Source: Phoronis australis (Eukaryota; Animalia; Phoronida). Taken from it: DNA of 64,000 bases. Every line of letters begins with the position of its first letter. Within the stretch, counting starts at the first letter, position 1. The stretch is from positions 134,855-198,854 of the forward strand of contig NMRA01000592.1 of the NCBI GenBank assembly GCA_002633005.1, in the 5' to 3' direction. The translations under genes and the position numbers were made by a program. Of the stretch, positions 21,201 through 36,200 are shown in pieces. A model generated the notes under the pieces. It was not told the origin of the DNA. It saw nothing but the letters and a program-made list of their open reading frames with translations, and searched no databases.

Positions 21201-24200
21201 CTAACATCAATTTGAATGCCCATAATTTTTCAAAACTTGTCTGATGAGGTTCACTGTGGTACAAAAATTGACCATGGAAATGCATGTAATTTGGTGCTGC
21301 ATATGTAGCAATGGAAAATTGATAAAATAAAATTTTATTGTTGGCCATAGTGCGTCCTAAATAAGAGATTTTACCATAGATGTATTTAAATATAGGCAGG
21401 CCACTTTGTAGAAAAAAATCACAAAAGGTAATAAATCCAGTCATTGTACACAGCTTAAAACTCTTACATAGATCTAGCAAGACCTTACCTCAGTTTGACT
21501 TTAGCAGCAATCCTATTGTCTGCATCCCCTATGATGAGTGAGCAACAGTGATTCAAGCCTGCAGTAGCATTGTTCTCTAGTTTATCACAGTTTGCCAAAG
21601 AAACCGTCACCATCAGCTCTGCTTTATTGCTAGAATATTTTGGCATCTGCAAATTTAATGCAATGTCATAAGTCTGGCTCAGAAGGGACTGTTGCGAGTT
21701 TTGAACACTTTACTCAATATTGGAAGTAGGACTCTAAAAACCATAAACCTATTTGTTCTCACCTGTTCGATGGACAGCTCATACCTTGGCAGGCTCTCAA
21801 CTGCTGATTTCACAGTGTTTCCAAATGGTGGATGGCGATTCATTATCTGAAAACACAACTGAACATTGTCAAACTCGTTATACTGCATTGAGATCATCTT
21901 ACTCTTTTAACCCACACTAAGTTTTGGCAAAAAATTTATGTACCGTTTTGTAATATAATATAAACTTTACCATTTCAAGCTGACGTGGATTAGTAGTGTC
22001 AATTTTCTGGAAGGAATCAATACCAGAATTCACCAAGGCTGTTGACAATGCAGGACCTGAAAAAAAGCTTATGATTGTAATATCAAGAAATATGAGTAAT
22101 CTAATAGCTAAGTTAGTTTGCACTAGATTTCACTTACAATCAGCCCTAAATCAAGTCAAAGTTTCAACAAACTTCTGACCATTATATTTCAGAAATGGTT
22201 GATAGAATTCAAACGAAACTTGATTTAGGCATTGTTCTCATAAACCCTGCTAGGAGTTGTTTTAAAATGTTTACCTTTTGCATTTAGTGCTATCAAAAAT
22301 TTAAAAATTCAAAAATTGTACAAAATGAAAACAGAATGTTTTGAAGTGTATCCCCTTTGCAAACGGTGCTATCAAAAACTTTAACTTTATAAACAAGTTC
22401 AGTTGTATAAATTGATAACAGAATGAAAACTGTGATAGGGTTTTTGAGATTAGCATTTTGAATTTTCAGATCAAAATAAATTTAGTCATATTTTTGCTTG
22501 ATTATACTAAACTGAAAAACATGGTGACATGATCACTTAATTGATAGATTACTATATACCCAAATTCCATAGGATTTTTTCAGAAAAAATACACTTGTTG
22601 ATAGCCCATAACTGAAGAATAAGCCAATTGGCTGACTGTCAGTACTTTGCCAAAGTCAATGCCACCAAAGATCAAATCAGTGAGGTTAAAAATCAACATT
22701 CAAGGTGCAATACCTATCCCTTCTAGTTGCTTTGCAACATATCTTGAATTTTCCCAAAGCCTCGCTTTGAAACATTTTGCCATCAGAATTGAATTTAAAA
22801 GGGATTTCATGCAGTCTTTCTGCCACAAGTACTCCATCAAACCTACAAAAAGAAATATTGAAATAAACATCAAACAAACTTTGAAGCTGTTCAAATGCAT
22901 TTTTTTCAACTAAAAAACTTTTAAAAGTGAATAGATCTCTTAACCAAAATTACTGGAAGCTCCTGTGCTTTGGGAGTGCATTAAAGCTAGAAAAACTAAC
23001 CCAGAAAATTAAGTCTTGAATAACCTTACAGAGACAACACCATATTCGCCCCCCACTTAGTTAGAAGTTGTTGGTTCATAAATTGCTCAATCATGTCAAA
23101 CATTGTTACGCCCTTTAATGGTTACATTACTGTGCATTTGAAGTGCACTAAGCAACAAAATAGAACAAATTATTGGTTTAAAGGGCCTTTCATACTAACG
23201 TCGACGCGTTGATGGTTTGGGGAGTTGCGGTCAGTATGAACGCTTAACTCCGGTCCTGGATCGCAGTTAACAGCTCCAGTTAACATCACAATTAACAGGT
23301 GGATTTAATAGCGCAGCGGCGATGCTGCAGTGCAGTATGAACGTTTAACTTTGGTCCAATCGAAGTTATTACCAGGTGCCACTGTTATCGTCAACAGTTA
23401 CAGGGTAGTGCCGTCACTAATAGCTCAGTGCTTATATTTTGCTCTAATAATAACCAATCGATTTAAAAATAAGTTCATTGTCACTTAGCACATGTAAATG
23501 TTTCCATATTGAAACATTGAAAAAAATCTTAGCGTGCAACTCTACCTTGCGATAACTTCGATGACGACAGCGGCACCAACCGCTTACTTCGATGTTCATT
23601 AACTACCGAAGCCAGTATGAATGGTCCAGTTAACTGCGCAGTTTACGTCGACGCTCCGCTCAGACCGGAGTTAATTCAATATGAAAGGACCTTAAGATTC
23701 AACTCAGCAAGGTCATTACATTTAGTTACACGCTGTCCAACACGGAATATCTTATTGATGTCTTGAGTCAGAGTAAAATCTTGCACTGAGAGGCAGCCCA
23801 GTTGAGTTTGAATCAAGCTGAAAAGTAATTTCAATTACTATTCAATCAAATGCCATTCTTTGCATCAGAAAACAGCACATCAAAGTGACTGCAAACAAGT
23901 TATGAGTTACCTTTAAAGTACAAAGATCTGATGAGAGGCTAATTAATGTAAATTAAATAATAAGGTGTTTTCATATTGGCATTCTCTAGAGTAATGAGAG
24001 CACCAAGTGACCTTTGATTCATCCTGATTCAGATTTGGTGGACAGAAATTCCAATTATTACGTAGTGGGTCATTAATCTAAAAGCAGACGAATATATTCC
24101 ACTGTCAGTTCCTCCCTTAGTTTTTTTGACACCAACTTGAATTGAAATTCTCACGCTTTAGCCGCAACCACTGGCTTTGTCGGCGGATTCTTCAGTCTTA

Positions 24201-27200
24201 GCAGAGGGCAATGTATTGAAGAAGATGTCCTTGTTCATCCATTTATATTTGAAAAGGTTTGCCTTTGTCGCAAAGCATTATAATATATCTAACCACACAG
24301 TAGTGGAAATTTGCCAGCATTATAACAGCTGGACAGGTATTAAAACGCTGTTTGTACCAGTAGATTGAAACCACCCGTCCACATTACATGGGTGGCACTG
24401 AATGCCTGTCCACTGATTGCCCTCTGGCATATTAGTGCATTTCAATACCATGCAGCTATTTTAAAAGTCAGAACACAACAGTGTATGGAATATGTTGACT
24501 ATGAAACAATACCAGTTGATTTTCATCTGTGCTGTCTTGACTTTGCCTTCCATAGTATACCTATAACACAAATTGAAATTACCCATTAAGTTACTCTAAG
24601 GCACAGCTACAGCCTTAACTGAGCACATCACCTAGTTGTACGGCTTCATGTAAATGGTCTAACTGTTGCAAATGGCATCTAGCAATTTGGATGACAAAAT
24701 GAAAGTCTGAATTACTACCCATTCCAGACGAGGAAAAATTTTAGGAACGCCTTCTATGTCATTAGCACATAAAAATATTCATTAATGCACTGTAATTGTT
24801 TACCTCAGGCCAACTGCTCCATATAATCAGTGCAATGGGCCCACCTGAATGACCTGTGCACGTCTGGTACAACGTGTACCCTGAGACCGCCAGCAACTAT
24901 TTTTTACTTTAACAACAGCATGTGGTAAACATTTTATTGAAACTCCTGACTTTTTGTAACAGTGGCCTTGCAAATTAAGCTAATCTTTTGACAATTTCTG
25001 ATGTCAAATTTAATGTCAGTGAGAAGATCTAGCTCACCTGGCTACGGTATTCTGTAGATACAAGACACATGTGAATATGGTTAAAATTTCCAGGACTGAG
25101 ACAACTAAAATTGATTCAGAAGACTGGGACAAGTGAGATTTCATTACTGAAACTCAGCCAATTTCACGGCATCTTTTTGTCAATAGATTTGTTCTCAAAA
25201 TTAGTCCTGCTGTCAGAGAACTGTTTACGATGAAAACTATTCTAAGGACCTTAAGTTTGTTTAGTAAAGCAATTACTCCATGAGCATGGTTTCAGGCAAA
25301 AAAAATGAATCAAATGACTTAATATATTAAGGACAGAAACAGGTGATTTTTCAAACTGTTTGGGTTCTGGAACTTAATTCCTTAACTAAAAGTCAAGATC
25401 ATTTCTACCCCAAAAACAATGGATTAGGTTGATATTTGGATTTAGCCTCGATTGAGAAACCGCTGTTATCTGGAGTTGAAATCACAGTAGTTGTTAGCAT
25501 CACTATTTTGCTATTGTTAACATCCGAGTCACCAAAACTGACAATTTACAAAGTAATTTAAGATCAAGATGTGGCACTTAGAGCACAGTTCGGAATAAGA
25601 TAGGTTCAAGGCGACACTATCAGAAGACATTACCATGATACCAGAGTATATTCAGAATCATTTCACTACAAAGTTTTGAGGTGCTAATTTACATCATACC
25701 TTATTGTTGCTCTGTTTTTGTCTTTGTTCAAGGAGTTGAGAGCTTTCCTTTCATTGACTCTCAGCTTGATATCTGCAAGTTCTTTACATCTAGATATCAT
25801 TTGTATCTAAAAGAATGAGAAATAATTCTGTTACATGATCAGGTACTGTCTCACAGGCCAAGAATTTTTACATAAATGTTGAAGGCAAAAACAAATATTG
25901 CGAAGACTCTACTGCCATTAAAACAAACTAGTAACAACAACACAAGTTTTCTCAAAATTGCACACAATTTTGCTTTGTTAGGTGATAATATGTTAAAAAA
26001 CATGCATACAAAGTCATTCAGGTTTTCATTGCCTTGAACTTCTGAGAAGAGTTTCATCGTGTCAAATGCAATGCAGTATCTTGCCATGAGTTTTCCCGCC
26101 TCTGAAGAATAAAAGTTCAGTATGCAATACGGTACTTCAAAATAAGCTACATGCTTGGCTTGATATGGTGACCTGCACTCAGCTCGCAGGATGCAACCCA
26201 GGGTAGATTTTGTTTGGCAATCTGATGATCTGCTTCAGGAATGTCCTTAACGCGCACTGTAGTGACCAAAAAGGTCCCAACAGCGACTTTTTGTTAGCCA
26301 AATAGAAAAGCATGGGTATTGCAACAAGCAGAAACAGGAAAATAGATAAGAACTAGTCTACTGTACACCAGTTCTACTTCTTTGGCAACCTCTTAGTCCA
26401 TCTGGGTATCTGGGAATATTTCCAGGACATATTTAGCAAGTTGACATTTATGAGCCCAGACATAAAAAAAGAAATGTTTATTACATTCATAGCGCTAAAC
26501 ATGACCTGTATTAATTGCTGAATTCGATGTAAAAATGTGTTATGTAAAGTATCTGACTAGTACTGAGGTCCAAAATTACCTGTTGGTTTGGTATCACAGT
26601 CATCAGTCATATCAATGAGTTTTAGAGACTGGAGTTCATTGAGACTTGTCAAACACCAATCTGAAATATAATCAAAGACAAAAACATTCATAATCTGCAC
26701 TGAATGGAAAACACTACTGAGTACACAAGACTGAGAATGGAAATTGCTGTTTTCTAATTAAAAGATCTTCAACAAATTCCAAGAACTGCAACTGTGATGA
26801 ACCTGTGAAATGAATTTCAGTTTCTTTGAGCAATAACGATTTCAAAATATTTTTGAAAGCATTCTCAGGACATTATAGGCTGAACTTCGTTACAAAAATC
26901 TATAATTTCACGAAATGGGCCACTGCTATCAATTAAGAAAAAAATTTCTACACCAATCACTAAAATGTACCTGACAATACATTGAAAAAATGCAGTCAAT
27001 TTCTTTTAGGATATGCATAACGCACTCTGACAATTCTGCCCCAATTCCCAGGACTAAGAATGAAAAAGGCTTGTTAATACATTAAGAATTAACACAAATA
27101 CCTTGCAACTTTCTTTCAACTTCTTCTGTGGTTATTCCTTTGGGTAATCCTAAATGACAAACAAGGGCATTGTGAAGACAGGAAACACACAAGGTAATGT

Positions 27201-30200
27201 GTATTCTGAAGAATGGAATACACATCTAATGTGACAGCCAGGAACACCTAATTTTAGAATTTAATGTTTCCTACTTTAAGAGTGATATATGACAATTCTG
27301 TTACAAGATCTTATTTACAGCATTAACAAATATTGAAAGTTTGCAAATATGGAAGTATTCACTGTAATTGTTACTATTATTATCTTTAAAGCAACACTCA
27401 TGTAGTGCCTCAAAATTGTCAATAGTCATCAGCTCAACTTTGATTTCTGGACAATAGTACTTATTACGGACATTATTTAAGAAGTAAATTTAAAAAGATC
27501 TTACTTCATAAAAATTGATACAAAATTAACAAAATAATAAAGACACAGAATGCAAATCGAATGACGTAAACAGCTCAACATTTCAAGAGCACAAGAATAT
27601 ACAGTAAAAAATTCTTTAGTTTGGGATGCAACTTAGTGGACAAGTGAAATTATATTTTTAAACAGAAAATTTGTCCTTTTAATCCAAGGCATGGAGATCT
27701 GCCCTCAGTTAGCATTGCATACAGCACAAACATGTGGGATGACCAGCATTTTAGAGATGTCTACTAGTCGATGCAAAAAATGGCAGGTTATCTAATTATT
27801 TTGGTCCCAGACTGAAGAATTTTGTTGCAAACTAATGATAACAGTAGCTGTAACAAACCATAGTGCACGGGATTCTTTACTATACGAATGTACAAAAACG
27901 TAGATTTGATCCATTCCAAGGCCACAGTTATGTCTGTAATGGTCCGCAACACTACCTCTGCGTTAAGGTTTTCTATGAGATGAGTGTGAAGACTAGAATG
28001 GAAATAAATTTTGTTGCAGGCATCCACTGATGTCTTGTTATTGATTTAATTGCTTAGCCTTCTTCTTATATTACCTGCTCCCCCACTCCACAAATTTCAG
28101 TGGAAAGTTTTGGGTATAAGATCACTTTGACAAGCTGTGGTGTACAAAAGTCAAGTTGCTTGTACAGGCAAGTTAAACAACAGGGGCTGGGACAAGTCAG
28201 CAAAGTAACAGCAATTGCACTGCATATTATTTCTTTTTTTTGTTGAAATTAACCAATTTTTGTTGTTTAAAAGGATATCAAACCTAGTTTTAGCCTATTA
28301 ATAGACACTAAAATCGACTTTCTCATTCAGATCTCTGAAATAAATTAATGCCGGCTCTGTAACTCCTAATAGTTTGGATGAAAATTTGAAAACTCCTTAC
28401 AAAGTCTGCAAAACCGGCAAGTGCTTTTAGCAAATTACGTGCAACAGTGAGAAAAGACCATCCACCAAGGACTGCAATATCTAATTTGTGCCTTTAAATT
28501 GAAAGATAGATGCCAATGATGCATTAACAGATGACAGAACGAGGCCTTGGTTGAAATCATCATAACAGGGTGTAGTATCCTTTTAAACAATGAAACGGTT
28601 CAATTTTCCATGCTGAATTTAGACATACATCTCAGATTCATAATACCCAAAAAAGAATCTGGTCATTAAAGTCCAGGCGCTGTGGTAAGTGCCTTTTGTA
28701 ATCCTAACTGGTAAAAAGCAGTCAAAATTGCCCGTTGGGATTAATGCGATGTAGCACGTAATTTGTTTGACTAGGCTTAACATTAGAACAAAACAGACAT
28801 GCTGCATGGAAGAACAGAGTTTGAACCTCTTCATCATCATAGGGGATTACAAGCCCTTACATTGTGGTATTTGGATGTTGAAATATTCAAACCACTTACT
28901 TACTTACAGGTAATTCATAATCTTTAGTAGTATTCGAGTTCTTAGCAGGTAATTTTGGTCATTAGAAACTTGATGTTTAGGAGGAAAGCGGATATTCATA
29001 CAGCAAATAAACTGAAGGAACACACGTACCTGCTTTCTATCATTTGCTGTCCACTTAGCAGGTTTTCATACTTTGTCTGAAACACGTTACAGTGTACATG
29101 TACCAAGCAAAGTAAAATCAGAACTAAATCAACTGATCTTTGAGAAACTCACAGCTTGTTTAGGCACTGATCCCATTGATTTAAATCATAAAATCACAAA
29201 TTCCAACTTTATAGCAACAATGATTTGAATGGAGTTTGCAGAATTTTCTTTTTATAAACATGCACAATGCAAAATGGAACTCATTTTTGTGACAAATGGT
29301 CTATGTCAATGGTTGTACTGATTTTAAAGTAAATTAACAAAATAGATCAGCATTTAAACTTCGATGAGGTCTCAGTCTAAGCAGGACATACACCGATTTT
29401 CATAATGATCCTTTCAGCACTGTGGCAGAGAGACAGAGAGAAGCATCAAAACAGGACTAAAAAATAGCCACAAGGGAGAACAATATACATCAAATCCATC
29501 TGAAAATGACAAGGTGTGACGTCTCAGTAATAAACACCTATTTGTGGAATTTCGTAAAAATGTGCCAAGGAACACCTTCAAGACATAAGAACACATCTGC
29601 CAAATCTTATTATATAATACATAAGACCATGCAAGATATTTAGGAGATACAGCAGCGGACATGAGATGGAGATGACAGCAATATTCAGCCACATATGCAT
29701 ACGTGGGCAAAAATTTCACTTCTCCACCATATTGTGTCTAATGATGGTCAACTTGGAATATTCTTTCATGCTTACCCCATCACAAAACAGATAAGTACAA
29801 ATACACCAACCTTTGTAGTGTTTCTTGTCAAGATTACACAGGTTGCTGATGTGTCAAACTAAAAGTAAAGTAGAGTCTGCATTAGGGAAGGTAAAAAGGC
29901 TGGTTGTTTTCAATGTTCCTCCTTAAAGCATAAAATTTCGATATGCACGGTAGACAGGACTTCAAACTTGAGAAAAGGTGAAAAATGTGATGTCATCTTT
30001 TTTTTGTACAAAATAATTTTCCAAAAAGTCCTTTATAAGCCTTTTCCAAAAACACTGTCACTGTTCTCTAAATCATACTACGATTTTAAGTCATAAAAAG
30101 CAATTACAATCACATAGCCAATATAGTGTTTTGTTTCTGCATTTTATTTTGATGGATTTGGAACATTTGTAATATTCAGCGATAATTTCATTTGCCCACT

Positions 30201-33200
30201 GAGAAATAAGGGTATTGCAAGCTTAAAAAAAATCCGAGCCAAGAATTTGTGCAGTTCATTGGTACTGAATTTCTAATGTATGCTTGCCTGAGGTCTTCCA
30301 GCCCTTCCGATCATCTGAAGCACTTGAGTTTCAGAGTATTCTTGGTACACTCCCATTACATAGTGTTGAGTAGACTTGATGACAACCAGGTGTGCTGGCA
30401 AATTGACACCCATAGCAAGTGTGCTAGTTGACACTAAATACAACAACACATGAGTAAGATGACAAGTAGTAGTGTTTGACTTTACAACATATTACCTACA
30501 CACAATAAAATATGTTTTAAACAACAGTATGACAAAATATCACCAATTTCAGAAAAAATAATCACCAAAATTTGCACTTAATTAATTTTTCAAGGGCTTC
30601 TTACATTGTGGTTCATGTTCATAATTTTACAAAATATTGTCTATTGATACCTAATGGTAGAGAACTTGGACATGACAGAGCATCACTACGGTACTGCATG
30701 TCTTTTATAAAAAAATGAGAAAATAAAATTTTACCTGTCCGGCATATCATGACCTAAATTGTGATATTTTCTTATAATTGTCATAGTGTAACTGAGACAA
30801 AATTGTAAAAGACATACACAAAACTGGCAGATCACCAGCGAGAAACATTTGCTCCACGTTCCTCCTGTCTTGCAGCTCTAGTCCAGCATGATGGTAACCA
30901 ACCCCGTGCATAACGAGATCTGTAAATGTATAAAAAAATCCAGATACAATTCGTTTAAAAAATCACTGTCTTGTGGAGAATGACATTTTAAAAGATTAGA
31001 ACCAGAAGAATGTGTTGATTTCCAGGATTTTAGACAGGTGGCATCTAACCTATCAGTTTAAAGAACAGGACGGTCACTGCTTACGAGCAAAATTGAGGAA
31101 TCTATTTTGGTCACATAAGCCTACTAATTGAACATACTTAGAAAGAGAAATGATAATAAGCAATAATATAAAATAACCTCTCAACTTTGTGTCTCTCATT
31201 TTGTTTGCATAGGATTGTAGTCTCTGTTTATGTGATACATTCATGATAAACTTAGCATCCTTAATCAGTATGGAAGCTCCTTGTTGAGTGCTCTTTCGAG
31301 TGGCACAGAACTAGAAAGAGAAGAATGTATAACTATGGAAACTTCATCCTTCTTCACTGTCTGCAATTCACAACTGAAGAATATAATTAATCACTAAAAT
31401 TATTTAAATAACCAGCTCAGATGACATCTGATTTTGGTCTTACAAAGAACTGACAGTTAGTTATTGTTCATCACAATGCTAAGTGAATAAACTGACAGGC
31501 AAGAGAGACTGGTCTTAACGTTTACTGCCAGAGTTCATTATAAGCCCAGAATTCACAACTATTTTGACTAAGGAACTGTTTGAGAACAATTTCATAATAG
31601 AAAGTGGTCTAAATCAAAAGTTTTTGTTATGTATCAGCAGTGGAGTGTTGGACCGCATGACTTACCACTAGTGTAGGCTTTTGCTCAGCATATGTTTCAA
31701 TGATACCCGCCAATCTGTAGTTGAGGGTCAGATCAAACTTAAACTCTGACTGGGTTTCTGAGCATGGGAAGCCAAGTACAACTTTTCGCAACTTCACAGG
31801 TCTATGAGATTCATCTAGTCTAAAAAATCAACAACAATTAAAATGAACTATTTGATCCACGGTCATGAAAATTATGGCAAAATCTCACCCAATAAAGGAT
31901 ACCGAAAAGGGCAGACTGAAATTTTTTTTCATTATTTCCATTAAAAGATACGTAACAGTAAAATGCTTTGTTGTTCCGTACAATAGCTACCAATTTTATC
32001 TCCCACAATGTTTTTGAGAAATTGTGTGCCTTCACAACAATGTAACTTAAAAGACCATGAAAATTGAAAAAGGCAATTTTGGTAATTATTTTTATTTGAA
32101 ATTGGTGACAATTTACTCAAACGTTTTTGATGGGTAAAGTGTAAACCAATATAAAAAGGAAAAAATCATGGCTGTATGACTACTCACTTGTAATGGACTG
32201 CTTGAACATCAGTTGAAAGCCAATTAGCCACCTAAAAAATTAAAACTGAAGAAGTTGAAATAATAGTTATTTGATAAGGATAACTCAAAGCTGCATTTCG
32301 CTATGTTTAGCTGGTTCAAAACAAAAATTCAATTAGCTTTTTATTCCTCATTGTAATACTAGGATTCCATTCCCATTACCAACTCATATCATTAAAGCAA
32401 TGTGTCAGTAGTTATAGTAGCAGATACAGCCCGATATGTCATAAACATACATCACCAATGTTAGGAATAGTAGCAGATACAGCCAGAAATCTCATAGACG
32501 TTGTCTTCTCATCAACTTTGGTGCTCTCTTGTACAGTCTTCATTCTACTGACTACAGCTTCCATTGTAGGCCCTCTGCACTCATCATTCAGAATGTGAAT
32601 CTAAATTACATTAGCCAATTTTACCATTGAGTGGATAGGTTCTTTCTTGCATAGACAAAAATTGAAGCACCTATCAACATTTATGAAGTTTTTCATCAGC
32701 ATCTATACTCAAACCAATGTGTGTTGGTGCATGTGATGTCAGAACAAGGGTTAGTGAATTTGAAGGTTCACTCGACTCAAATATACAATTGTAAGAAGTG
32801 TACAGATGGAATTGTCCCCGAATGCCTGCTTTCATACAATTTGACTCTGATCCATCAGAGGAGACATTTTCCCAGTATATAATATCATCATTTTGCATGG
32901 CATGGTATAATAATAGCACATTTATGAATAGTACTCAGCTTTCCTCTGACTACTCAAGTTATGACAACAACTCTCAACTCCATGTAATTCTGTCCCATGT
33001 TCAGAAAGTTACATGCCCAGAATTCCACCAGTCTATCTGATGTACACAGATTTGCAGCTATATATTGATATGTAAATTCACTCAATGCTTGACGCGATGT
33101 CACATGACCCAACGCATCATCTCATTAGCTTGAGAATTGAAGCTGACATGACAGGGTTTCACATTCACATTTTACTGCATTCTTTGGGGACTGATATTAA

Positions 33201-36200
33201 CATCTCTCTGATGAAGACAGGGTGCACACAAGTTGGACAATTGTGTTGCTCAGGCAGGAAATACACAATAGAACTTGGGACACCTATATAAAGAGTACCA
33301 TAGTTGCAACGCGCGTCATTTCTTTACTTCTGTTGCAGTTAACCGAATATTGCCATCCAAACAATGAATTAAAGAATGAAGTTTTTATAGTGTGAAGTTT
33401 CTAAAATGGGTGGGAAAGAATTTTGCCACCACAAGCAACTGCTTACTAACGCCCATCTCCGTGTTCCCTAATCCTCCCAAAAAGAAGCCGATCTCATAAA
33501 CGTCCACTGGGGATGCAGTACTGAATTGTAATCCCAAGTACTGGTAAGAAGCATTCGTGTGCAGTTGCTGGTTGGGAAATGGCATGTAGGGCACACTGCG
33601 TAATGCATGTTATTCATCTTTACCATTAAAACAAAAATTTAAGCTCAATTTTCAATCAGATGTATTGTGTAATGTAAGAAAGAATCCAAAAGCGTTCATA
33701 GTTAAATTTTTGTTTGTTCAATAAAACATGAAATGTTACATCCCATTTCCAAACAGGTAACCGTTATGAATGCTTCTAACCAGTTGGGATTACGACAGGC
33801 ACTAGTCCTCAGTACTGGGACTTATATGACTGGAGCTTCCTTTGTTTTGAGATTAGGGAACAGAGATGGGCATCAGTGAGAACTATTATGTGTTTGTGCG
33901 ACATGGTTTAACAAGGGAAAAATACCTGCAGCCGCCTTCACCCTAATATGGTATATTCCTGGAAATGGAAGTGTTAAAAGTGCCACTTCGTTAAAAGTAT
34001 GATCATCAGTGACTTGCCAAATCAATGATTGTGCAATACACTATGGCTTCAAACTTTAATAGAGTAGCAGACCAATGAAATGAGTGGTGAGTAAGGTTAC
34101 CTCATCAATCAAGAACAGTCTTACTTGCTGTACCAAACTCCTATTGTCTCGCCACCGTCTTGTCATGCTGTCCCATTTTTCCTAAAACAAAGTAGGCAAA
34201 TAATCTTCAGCTATTGTATACACCTAGAGCAGACTCGAGCAGAAAATTACTTTGAACCGAAAAAATCGCAATTCTTGCCACAAACTGTTTGAAGCGGCCT
34301 ACTCACGGGCGTGGTAATGATAATATCAACAGTGTGGAGCTCAAAGATATTGTCCATTTCAGTATCACCAGTCAATTCTTGGCATTTTAAGCCATGAGGC
34401 CCAAACTTTTGCTTCCATTCTGTACATTTCTCGTTGCACAAGGCTTTAATAGGAGCCACTGGAAATGAAAGTACCATAAGTATTCACTTTATTCACACAA
34501 AAATAGTTGTATAAATTGTTGTCATTTTTCTATTTTTAAAGGTGGATACCATGGTGTGCATATCATTTCTTGACATCAACACAGTTCAAAGCAAATTAAA
34601 GAAAGCTATAATTTTCATAATGTTATTTTAATTGAGAAATTAATTGCACAAAATCTTCAATAGTCCACCATGTTATATGGTGCATAGAATCATCTTATTA
34701 CCCCAAAACTGTACTCACGTGACTTCACATGCATGACAATATTCAAACCAGCAAAATATACAGTGTCATGCTAAATTTATTTTTTAAAATTTCAAGGTAT
34801 TCAGTTTAAAAATTTCATATTTTGAAAGCCAAACTGTATTGCTTTGACGAAATTAGTGATTTAACTTAACATAAATAAACACATATCTGTACTAGAAAGT
34901 TTGAAAAAGATTACACACTGTAAACAACTTTTGGTTTAAAGGTCTCCTTGTTGGCCATCATGAGTCGAATAATTGCCAATTCAAATATAACAGTTTTTCC
35001 TGAACCAGTAGGGGCACAGACAACCACTGTCTTGTCGGTGTAAAGAACCTACAATGGCAATTTATTAAATATGTAATTGCACTGAGGCAAAACAATCTTA
35101 CTGAAGTTATAAAACCGAGCAAACAATTGGTCTCAAAATCATCACCTAGTCAGAGGCAATGTCTTGCTAACTACAGTAATACAAAAAAACATTCTTCTCC
35201 TTCATCGATACTGAGGATTACCAGGAAATCTCTATGGAATTTCTCGCATGCTGAACAGCACATGATAAACACTAGTTTTTGTTACTCCTCTGCAATACTT
35301 TTGATTGTTTTGTGTCATTTAGAATATTGTGATTCCCTCATTATACATAGAACATGACCTCAAAGAAATACCTACATCATCAATAACCTGTGACTGTACA
35401 ATATTAAAGTACGGAAAGTTAAACACGCCTCTCCACTGTTCAGCTGTTCACCTTTGTTAAGTCTATGTATTTGATGTTAGCTAAATACAAGTTCAGAAAA
35501 CAAGCCCTTTGAATCAATTTTTATCCATTCATTCAATTCAAGGCTAAAATCAGACTAGCTTACAACTAGATATGATTTTTTGTATTATAAAACAAATATA
35601 ATGCATCAAATATTTAAACTAGGCATGACTTTATGTATTGTAAAACAAATATAATGCATCAAATGTTTTAAACTAGGTATGACTTTATGTATTATAAAAC
35701 AAATATCATGCATCAAGAGCATGAAGCTGTGCATAACCAATTCTCAGTAGTGAATGCAAATGTGAAATCTGGGTTAAAACGTATATCTCTGCAATTATCA
35801 TATGTAATCCAGCATGAACAAGGTCACCTTAGGCCCTCACTTGACTCAGACTCATCAACATGCTTTCATTGCCTCCTATGTAGTTCTCTGTTGAGAACAC
35901 GTTTTTTTGTAAACGTCATGCTCTTAGTTATTTCTTCAGGCATCCGCAGAACAATTGCAAAACAAGATTGACCTACTTGAACAATGACCAGACTAGTCGC
36001 GCAGAACTCATCACACCAATATAAGAAAACTGCTAACTGTGGGTGGATTTTTTGTTTAAAGATCGTTTCTAACTGATTTTCATGATACTTAACAAATCTG
36101 GCAATATCTTACAAGGCTATAAGTGGTTGTTGTGTTGTTCACTGTAATGCTTGCATGCAGGCTAGATCAGTATTGGGGTTTTCAAACTATGGTGCGTTCG

